20,000 nt of DNA from an uncultured virus (IMG/VR IMGVR_UViG_3300028883_000045) (taxonomy: Duplodnaviria; Heunggongvirae; Uroviricota; Caudoviricetes), in the IMG/VR virus record IMGVR_UViG_3300028883_000045; one strand, 5' to 3'. Positions within the stretch are counted from its first letter, which is position 1. Each line of letters begins with the position of its first letter. Shown here piece after piece: positions 14,358-20,000 of this stretch. The notes under the pieces were generated by a model that ran no database searches, had not been told where the DNA came from, and saw only the letters and a list, made by a program, of their open reading frames with translations. The position numbers were made by a program, and so were the translations under genes.

Positions 14358-15947
14358 TCAGAGTCCCATCCGGCGGGTTTCCCGCCGGAACTTCTCACCC
14401 ATGCACTTGGGGAGGGTGCTCGCCGGGCGGCAGCGCTCTTCGCCGAAGCGCTGGATCCGCTCGATCTGCTCGGCCATGGTGCGGGAGAGCGGTACGGAAA
14501 CCCGGGCCGCGCCCACGAGGTCCTTGGTCTTGACCTCCCGGTCCTCGTAGAAGGCCGCGAACATGCCGTCATGCACGCAGGCCTCGATCTCCGCGCCCAC
14601 GAATCCGTCCGTCGCCTTGGAGATTTTCTTGAGGTCGAACTTCTCGGGATCGCGCCCGGCCGCACGCAGGTGCACGGCCGCGATTTCGGCGCGCTCGGCA
14701 TCGGTCGGCATGCCGAGATAGAAGAGCTCGGACCAGCGCCCCTTGCGCAGGAACGGGGCCGGCAGGTGCCAGGGTTCGTTGCTCGTGGCCAGCAGGAACA
14801 CGTCCGACTTGTGTTCCTGGCTCCAGGTCAGAAGCGAACCCATGAGCCGCGCGCCTACGCCGGAGTCATGCGCGCCCCCGCCGGAGGTTCCGGCCAGGGC
14901 CCGCTCGACCTCGTCCAGCCACAGGATGCAGGGCGCAATCGCATCCGCCAGCGCCAGGGCCTGCCGGGTGCGGGCTTCGGTCTCGCCCACAAGCGAACCC
15001 ATGAGCGCGCCGATATCGAGCCGCAGGGTCGGGACGTTGAAGAGCGCGCCGGCACACTTGGCCGCGAGCGACTTCCCGGTGCCCGGCACTCCGCAGAGGA
15101 ACACGCCCTTGAGGCTCGGCAGCCCGTACTCGCGGGCCTTGCGACTGTAGCACTTCGACCGCGAACCGAACCAGTCTTTCAGGCAGTCCAGCCCGCCGAT
15201 CGCTTCCATGCCGCGCGGGTCGGGTTCAATGACCTCCATGAGTCCGGAGCGCTTGACCGCGGCGGCCTTCTCTTCGTAGACCGTGCGGGCGCTCATGGTC
15301 CGCGTCTTGCCCTCGCCCTCGCCGACGATGATCGCGAGCCCGTAGGCGTTGCGGGCTTCGGGCTCGGTGAGTCCGGTTGCCGCGCGGACCAGGTCCTCCC
15401 GGTGACCGTTTTCCAGCTTGGTAAGCTCGATCCCGTTCTCGGGCGCGTCTGCCTCGATCTTCCCGAGGATCGCCGTCAGCTGGTCGTAGTCCGGAAGCGA
15501 GAAATCGACCACCGACACGTAGCGCTCGAAACTCGCCGGGATCTGGAACTCGACGCCCAGGAAAATCACGGTCAGCCTGTGCTTCTCGGCGGCCATGCAC
15601 AGCTCTTTCAGGCGGCGCTCGTCGTAGGGCGACAGGTCCTTGACCCATGCGTGAAAGTCGGCCATGATCAGCAGGCCGGCGTCGTCGCCGCAGCGCTTCA
15701 TGCCGGCCAGGAACGCCTCGGCGCAGCCGGAGGGATGCTTGGCTTCCTCGACGTCCTTGATCTCAGCTTTGAAATCGTTCACCGCGCGGCCTTGCGTGAT
15801 GCCGGTGGTTGCGGTCCACTCGAAGAAGTTCAGGTCCCCCTCTTCGGCTACGTCCAGGAGCACTCCGAAGGCGCGTGACTCTTCGACGGTCCGGATCGCC
15901 ACGGCGGGATATCCGGCCTTACTGTAGTTCAGGATTTTCTGGTGCAT
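14358..15947 (-). CDS. AAA+ ATPase, Ycf46-like
   Basis: GYP...T.EE.R N-terminus, IGGLD.LK.W, Walker A GVPGTGKS, Walker B ILWLDE, SRH ATSN...LRKGRWSELF, GFVGAEIE, VPLSRTM.EQI. Confidence 0.93.
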   Translation of the reverse strand: MHQKILNYSKAGYPAVAIRTVEESRAFGVLLDVAEEGDLNFFEWTATTGITQGRAVNDFKAEIKDVEEAKHPSGCAEAFLAGMKRCGDDAGLLIMADFHAWVKDLSPYDERRLKELCMAAEKHRLTVIFLGVEFQIPASFERYVSVVDFSLPDYDQLTAILGKIEADAPENGIELTKLENGHREDLVRAATGLTEPEARNAYGLAIIVGEGEGKTRTMSARTVYEEKAAAVKRSGLMEVIEPDPRGMEAIGGLDCLKDWFGSRSKCYSRKAREYGLPSLKGVFLCGVPGTGKSLAAKCAGALFNVPTLRLDIGALMGSLVGETEARTRQALALADAIAPCILWLDEVERALAGTSGGGAHDSGVGARLMGSLLTWSQEHKSDVFLLATSNEPWHLPAPFLRKGRWSELFYLGMPTDAERAEIAAVHLRAAGRDPEKFDLKKISKATDGFVGAEIEACVHDGMFAAFYEDREVKTKDLVGAARVSVPLSRTMAEQIERIQRFGEERCRPASTLPKCMGEKFRRETRRMGL

Positions 15948-16170
15948 TTCCGTCCTCCCCTGTTACCTGCTTGGTAAACCTGATCGGGGCTTCCTCGGAT
16001 TTGAGGCCCCCCGTGAACCGCAGGACGTGCTCGGACATGCCCTTGAAGGCGCGCTTGCCCATGGAGCATGCTTGATCCCGGGCCCGGCGCCGGGCTTCCT
16101 TCTCGTCTTCGCTGCACGAGTAGGTTACGATGCGGCCGCGCTTGTCGGTCCAGTGAACCGAAACAATCAC
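15919..16170 (-). CDS. Hypothetical protein
   Basis: 83 aa, GTGA overlap with the upstream stop. Confidence 0.55.
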   Translation of the reverse strand: MIVSVHWTDKRGRIVTYSCSEDEKEARRRARDQACSMGKRAFKGMSEHVLRFTGGLKSEEAPIRFTKQVTGEDGNAPENPELQ

Positions 16171-16400
16171 GGGGTCTGGTCCTCGGCATCGTCCTGCAGG
16201 GCCTGGTAGTACTCCTGAACGTCCGGGGGCGCCTCACGTGCGTCGAGCACGCGCGCGATGCTCCCGTCTTCGTCGGACAGGGACTCGCTGCCGCACATCC
16301 CCCGCGCCCAGTTTTCGCGGGCCGCGTCTTCGTCCTCGGCCTCGATCCACCAGTTCTGTTCGATTGCGCGCAGCACCTTAACCTTGTAGAGCTTCGGCAT
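16167..16400 (-). CDS. Small acidic protein (YKVKV...IEAEDEDAA motif; DpnD/PcfM-like)
   Basis: 77 aa from ATG 16400 with AGGAGA RBS. Confidence 0.65.
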   Translation of the reverse strand: MPKLYKVKVLRAIEQNWWIEAEDEDAARENWARGMCGSESLSDEDGSIARVLDAREAPPDVQEYYQALQDDAEDQTP

Positions 16401-16414
16401 GATCTTTTCTCCTG

Positions 16415-16603
16415 TCACGGGCGCCGGCGAGTCCGGCGCCGCCTCTTGGAAGAACTCCAGCGCGCCCGGTCGGCGCGCGACGCGTAACTCCAGGACTCGG
16501 CCCGCCGCGCGGCCCACAGGTCCGGCAGCATTCGCGCGGCCTCGCGCGGGTGGCAGTAGGCCCGGGCGGCGATTTTCTGAGAGAGCTTTCTGGTCTCGAT
16601 CAT
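16415..16603 (-). CDS. Hypothetical protein; 3' part doubtful
   Basis: GGAGGACG RBS and ATGA overlap support the start; the Arg-rich tail looks out of frame. Confidence 0.4.
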   Translation of the reverse strand: MIETRKLSQKIAARAYCHPREAARMLPDLWAARRAESWSYASRADRARWSSSKRRRRTRRRP

Positions 16604-17214
16604 TTCCCGTCCTCCCCCTGCATGAACTCCAGTCCGAAATCTTCGCGATTCACCATGGCCGTCATGACGACCGCCGTCGCGCCGGACTCCCCCTTGATCA
16701 ACAAGGGTCGTGTGTCACATTCTTGGCAGGCGCGGAACCCCAGCCCCTCGAATATTTCCAGCGCCGCGGACAAGTACGAGTGATCGAAGATTGGGAATTT
16801 CTCACGGTCCATGTTAATACGCTTGGAGTAGCGGAGGGTCAGGGCGGCCGCGAGGGCTTCAGGCAAGTGGCAGCGCGCGACCTCGATCCCCATCGACTCC
16901 GGCGGGATCACCGTGCGCCAGTCGGGATACTTCAGCGTGCCCTCGGTGTTCTTCTCCAGCCATAGCACCGTCTTGGTACGCTTGCGGACTTTCCACAGGG
17001 CGGTTTTTCTGAGGGACTCGGGGACCTTGTCAGCCGGAAGCTCGTAGGAGTGCAGGCGCCGCGCGTCGCACCCGACAACGTGTAGCTTCTTGCGCTTGAG
17101 CTCGGTGCGCAGATTTGACAGGGGGTCGCCCCGGGAGTCTCCCTCGCGCACGGCCCCGGATACCCACCGTAGGGCTTCGAACGCAGCGCAGGTTTTGCGG
17201 GTAATCTCGATCAT
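16600..17214 (-). CDS. DNA polymerase III beta-clamp-like protein (short, about two domains)
   Basis: 204 aa from ATG 17214; DSR..L..L...VVGCDARRL, KYPDWRTVIP, FDHSYL..AL, PLLI...AVVM correspond to DnaN motifs (ATDGHRL, G.YP.Y..VIP, FN..YL.D.L, vvMP). Confidence 0.7.
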   Translation of the reverse strand: MIEITRKTCAAFEALRWVSGAVREGDSRGDPLSNLRTELKRKKLHVVGCDARRLHSYELPADKVPESLRKTALWKVRKRTKTVLWLEKNTEGTLKYPDWRTVIPPESMGIEVARCHLPEALAAALTLRYSKRINMDREKFPIFDHSYLSAALEIFEGLGFRACQECDTRPLLIKGESGATAVVMTAMVNREDFGLEFMQGEDGK

Positions 17215-17444
17215 TTCTCGTCCTCCATCTTGGCCATGATTGCGCGGGCTTGTGTCATTTCGTCGCTGTAGTCGATCAGCGTCTTCTCGAGGCACTTGAG
17301 CAAAACCTTGCAGGTTGTCAGCAACTTGTTGCGTTGCCTTTTGACCTTGCACAACTTGCAGACCTCGACCTCGTCGCGGTCGAGCACGATCGAACAGTCG
17401 GTGCAGTAGCGCGAGCTACTGACATATACGTCCTTTGGATTCAC
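17211..17444 (-). CDS. Small zinc-finger/helical protein
   Basis: CTDC...CKLC then LL..CK.LL...ARAIMAK; GTG 17444 with GGAGGACG RBS. Confidence 0.65.
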   Translation of the reverse strand: MNPKDVYVSSSRYCTDCSIVLDRDEVEVCKLCKVKRQRNKLLTTCKVLLKCLEKTLIDYSDEMTQARAIMAKMEDEK

Positions 17445-17497
17445 CTCTCGTCCTCCATCTTGGCGGCCTTGGGCCGCGTCCATCTTCCGGCGTATTA

Positions 17498-17944
17498 CTA
17501 CTCGCCCTTAACTCGGTTCATAACCGCGTGCGTCGTTTCCATTTCGGGATAGACCGCGCGCTCCGCGTCGCCCTCGATCGCCAGGGCATGCTCGCGGGGG
17601 AAATTCGGGTTCAGCTGGCCAGCGTCGATCCACGTGCGGACCTCTGCGGGGGTCCCAAGAAAATTGTAGCAGGCATTCCCGCGCATGACTCCGGTGCGCT
17701 GGTCCGTGTCGGCCAGCACAGGCTGGTCCCATCCCGCGAAAACCGCATCCCGGAAGGGCTTGACCGGCGCGCTGGCGTAGTCCCGGGACTGCAGCCTCAG
17801 GAGGTAGCGCTTGCGCTTGCCCCGAAGGGAGTAAATCGGATTTCCCTCCGGGTCGAAGTCCTTGACAGTGATTTCGCTCCGGCGGGTCATTGCCATCATG
17901 GAATCAATCCGGTAAATCGTGTAGCGCTCGCCAGCCTTGAACAT
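17498..17944 (-). CDS. Hypothetical protein
   Basis: 148 aa, GGAGGACG RBS. Confidence 0.75.
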   Translation of the reverse strand: MFKAGERYTIYRIDSMMAMTRRSEITVKDFDPEGNPIYSLRGKRKRYLLRLQSRDYASAPVKPFRDAVFAGWDQPVLADTDQRTGVMRGNACYNFLGTPAEVRTWIDAGQLNPNFPREHALAIEGDAERAVYPEMETTHAVMNRVKGE

Positions 17945-17946
17945 GT

Positions 17947-18595
17947 TCTCGTCCTCCTTCTGGGCCCCGGAGGGCCTGCCGTTCTTGGGTTCCGCGTGTT
18001 ACGCCACCCGTCCGTCTTCCACAAGCTCGCACATGTCCGCATCGACGGCCGCGCGCGCCTGGGACAACATGTCTTCGCGACCGTAGAAGCCCCAACACGA
18101 ATCTATATCTCGCCCCCGGTGCGTGACCACGTAACCCCACACGTCTCCCCGCAGATACTGGTCGAACGCCTCGACTTCGGAGACCAGACACTTGCGGGCG
18201 GCCTCTTCGTCGTCCCCGAATTCCTTCTTGACCGTCTCGCGGTCCGCGTAGATCCAGCCGACTTGTCCCGAGTCCCAGGGGCAGCGAAAACCGGTTATGT
18301 TCATAGTCAGCCCCGAGTGGTCGTAGAGGTAGAGGGGCAGGACAACCAGGTCGTGCTCCCGGCGGTACTCTTCGAACTCTCCGGGGGAACTGAACTCGTG
18401 TTCGTCTCCCAGCCTATAACGCGAGTGGAAGCAGACCATGGTGCCGAACGTGTCCCACTCTCTGGGCGACTCTCCGCAATCGTCTCGCTCGATGGAAATC
18501 TTGTAGCCGTTATAGTCAATGACGTCCTGCATCTCTCGTCCTCCATCTTGGCCCCGGAGGGCCTGCCGTTCTTGGGTTCCGCGCGTTACGCCACC
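17947..18595. repeat. 62-bp direct repeat pair (17947-18008 and 18534-18595) flanking one gene
   Basis: 3 mismatches in 62 bp; each copy ends in the RBS of the downstream gene. Confidence 0.9.
17999..18532 (-). CDS. Conserved uncharacterised phage/ICE early protein
   Basis: 177 aa from ATG 18532; SPREWD..G, LPLYLYDHSG, WDSGQVGWIY, DQYLRGDVWGY, DSCWGFYG motifs. Confidence 0.8.
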   Translation of the reverse strand: MQDVIDYNGYKISIERDDCGESPREWDTFGTMVCFHSRYRLGDEHEFSSPGEFEEYRREHDLVVLPLYLYDHSGLTMNITGFRCPWDSGQVGWIYADRETVKKEFGDDEEAARKCLVSEVEAFDQYLRGDVWGYVVTHRGRDIDSCWGFYGREDMLSQARAAVDADMCELVEDGRVA

Positions 18596-18644
18596 TGCCC
18601 GGGGCATTACATCCCCGCCGAGGCGGGGGCGGCTCTGCCGGGGC
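18551..18644 (-). ncRNA. Degenerate twister-like RNA (copy 1)
   Basis: GCCCCG-GCA-GAG-CC-[P1 hairpin]-UAA-UGC...CGGCAGGC...CGGGGC; P4 is poor. Confidence 0.3.
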
Positions 18645-18902
18645 TCAGGCCAGTTGATAGTACATCGGCAGGCCCATCGCATCACAGTGGCCCTCTACTG
18701 CCTCGCCGTCGGCCACCATCGCCCGCAGGATCGACTCCTCGGCCTCACTCTCGGGATAGAGCGCATGACTGGCTCCCTCGCCGGTGAGTGCTAGCCGCTC
18801 GACCATGCCGCGGATCTCTGCCGCAGTCGTGCACGGCGCGTGGTGCTCATAGGGCCCGCTGATGTAGCTGGTCATGCTCATGATGCTAGTTTCAAGTTTC
18901 AT
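18645..18902 (-). CDS. Hypothetical 85-aa early protein, copy A
   Basis: ATG 18902 with GGGAGG RBS; 7 aa differences from copy B. Confidence 0.75.
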   Translation of the reverse strand: MKLETSIMSMTSYISGPYEHHAPCTTAAEIRGMVERLALTGEGASHALYPESEAEESILRAMVADGEAVEGHCDAMGLPMYYQLA

Positions 18903-18934
18903 GGTCTCTGCCTCCCTCTCTCTCTGCGGACCAT

Positions 18935-18988
18935 TCCGCGACCCGGGCCGCGTGCCCGGGTTTCGCCGTTTACGGCTCGTCAGACGGA
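18935..18988 (-). ncRNA. Hammerhead ribozyme, type I
   Basis: UCCGU-CUGACGA-GCCG UAAA CGGC-GAAA-CCCGGGC ACGCG GCCCGGG-UC-GCGGA: complete core, three stems, GUC triplet; predicted cut between 18940 and 18939. Confidence 0.9.
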
Positions 18989-19267
18989 CTTGACCGCTTC
19001 GGACTGGAGCTTGGCCGCCCTTGAGGCTATTTCGGCCCTGAGACCGTCCCAGCCGCCGAAATGGCTGCAAATGGCCAGGAGCTCGCGCTTGGCTTCGGCG
19101 AGGGACCGGCCCTTGGAGACGCCGCACCCGCTCGCCTCGTGCGTGATGATGTAAATTCCCCGCTCGTCCCTGCGGTACCAAAGACCGACCCTGCCATTGT
19201 CAAACTTGCGCAACCTGTGCCCCTCGACTTGTGTTTGCCCTTCCGGTGCGGTGATTGTGAATTTCAT
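18980..19267 (-). CDS. Hypothetical early protein
   Basis: 95 aa, AAAGGAG RBS; its UGA stop is part of the hammerhead CUGA. Confidence 0.7.
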   Translation of the reverse strand: MKFTITAPEGQTQVEGHRLRKFDNGRVGLWYRRDERGIYIITHEASGCGVSKGRSLAEAKRELLAICSHFGGWDGLRAEIASRAAKLQSEAVKSV

Positions 19268-19273
19268 GGCGTG

Positions 19274-19324
19274 CTCCTTTCGTCCTCGTTTGGGCTCGTC
19301 AGTGCGGGGACATCCCGCAGAGGG
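19274..19324 (-). ncRNA. Hammerhead ribozyme-like motif, type III topology, degenerate
   Basis: CCCUC-UGCGGG AUGUC CCCGCA-CUGACGA-GCCC AAACGA GGAC-GAAA-GGAG; core intact, stem II has one C-A mismatch, stem III is very short. Confidence 0.5.
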
Positions 19325-19348
19325 TGGGGGATTGCTCCCCCGGTGGTG

Positions 19349-19468
19349 CTAGTCGGTGGCTTTGGCGATGGCTGCCTCGGCTTGCCGTAGGGCATTCTCG
19401 CAACCGGGTCCGATCACAGTCTCATCCAATGCCTGCCACGGTTCCGGCGTGTGCGTGTGCTTGCTCAT
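19349..19468 (-). pseudogene. 39-aa mini-gene, apparently an internally deleted member of the HTPGPW...AAIAKA phage family
   Basis: MSKHTHTPEPW start and AEAAIAKA end without the usual middle section; GGGAGG RBS. Confidence 0.45.
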
Positions 19469-19514
19469 GGTCTCTGCCTCCCTCTCTCCGCCCGGGGCCC
19501 ATCCCCGGACTGCG

Positions 19515-19580
19515 CCCGCCGTGACTTGCCGCACGGCCGGGGCATTACACCCCCGCCGGAGCGGGGGCGGCTCTGCCGGG
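19515..19580 (-). ncRNA. Twister ribozyme-like RNA, P5-type permutation (copy 2)
   Basis: CCCG-GCA-GAG-CC-GCCCCCGC UCCG GCGGGGGU-G-UAA-UGC-CCCGG-CCGUG CGGCAAGU CACGG-CGGG: P1, P2, P4, P5 and the T1 pseudoknot (CGGC/GCCG) pair; T2 is imperfect. Confidence 0.55.
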
Positions 19581-19582
19581 GC

Positions 19583-19840
19583 TCAGGCCAGTTGATAGTA
19601 CATCGGCAGGCCCATCGCATCACAGTGGCCCTCGACTGCCTCGCCGTCGGCCACCATCGCCCGCAGGATAGCCTCCTCGGCCTCACTCTCGGGATAGAGC
19701 GCATGACTGGCTCCCTCGCCGGTGAGTGCTAGCTGCTCGACCATGCCGCGGAGCTCTGCCGCAGTCCTGCACGGCGCGGAGTGCTCATAGGGCCCGCTGA
19801 TGTAGCTGGTCTGACTCATGATGCTGGTTTCGATTTTCAT
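19583..19840 (-). CDS. Hypothetical 85-aa early protein, copy B (first gene after the promoter)
   Basis: ATG 19840 with GAGGGAG RBS. Confidence 0.75.
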   Translation of the reverse strand: MKIETSIMSQTSYISGPYEHSAPCRTAAELRGMVEQLALTGEGASHALYPESEAEEAILRAMVADGEAVEGHCDAMGLPMYYQLA

Positions 19841-19899
19841 TTTGTGCTCCCTCTCTCTCCCTCTCTGCTCTCCTGGGACCGCGCGGTCCCACCATGGAC

Positions 19900-19927
19900 A
19901 GTCTATCACGTGTCCAGGCTGAGTCAA
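19900..19927 (-). promoter_or_regulatory. Sigma70-type early promoter
   Basis: TTGACT (19927-19922), 16 nt, TG-n-TAGACT (19905-19900); AT-rich UP-like tract upstream; hairpin TGGGACCGCGCGGTCCCA (19874-19891) at the predicted transcript 5' end. Confidence 0.7.
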
Positions 19928-20000
19928 GGCCCCTATTGAGATTTTTTGAGAACATTTGACACTCGGAGCCCGTAGAGGCGCCCAAAGCACCGGGCGGGCC

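Larger units (their letters stand above)
18599..19840. repeat. About 300-bp direct duplication (18599-18902 and 19537-19840; offset 938)
   Basis: Near-identical sequence covering an 85-aa gene and the 5' half of the twister-like motif. Confidence 0.95.

Noticed and set aside
17445..17497. Another twister-like remnant (UAAUAC...GCGG CCCAAGG CCGC...AUGGAGG)
   Set aside because: P1 cannot form, P2 is mismatched and the loop is one base short; at most a relic.
99..18787. Long plus-strand ORFs (e.g. 99-1145, 3842-5347, 7498-9369, 14310-15878, 17435-18787)
   Set aside because: Antisense shadows of GC-rich minus-strand genes; no recognisable motifs.
19101..19122. Possible self-target of the GAGACGCAC/AGGGACCGA guide (AGGGACCGG...GAGACGC)
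   Set aside because: Partial matches on the same strand, non-adjacent; expected by chance in GC-rich DNA.
19956..19990. Divergent plus-strand promoter at TTGACA
   Set aside because: No plausible -10 element at 16-18 nt spacing.

Overview
GC-rich phage/prophage (or phage-like mobile element) segment. Essentially all real genes are on the minus strand; the long plus-strand ORFs are antisense shadows. In transcription order (right to left): (i) an early region behind a sigma70-type promoter (19900-19927) with small cassette-like genes, direct repeats, a duplicated 85-aa gene and several self-cleaving-ribozyme motifs (one intact type I hammerhead, one degenerate type III hammerhead, two twister-like folds); (ii) a beta-clamp-like gene; (iii) a Ycf46-type AAA ATPase / DUF3150-like / DUF1257 / DUF2997 / small-protein module; (iv) DUF4942 and pyrimidine-dimer glycosylase-like genes; (v) a TIGR-Tas-type RNA-guided system: a nuclease-less IS110/Nop-like protein (TasA-like, 7645-8499) flanked by two stem-loop arrays with 8 dual-spacer (9+9 nt) guide units, one lying inside the tas coding sequence; (vi) a candidate SAM lyase; (vii) a replication module (SNF2 helicase, VRR-NUC nuclease, XRE regulator, SSB-like protein, and a Toprim primase running off the left edge behind a structured leader). 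All family calls are motif recognition by eye; no searches were run.
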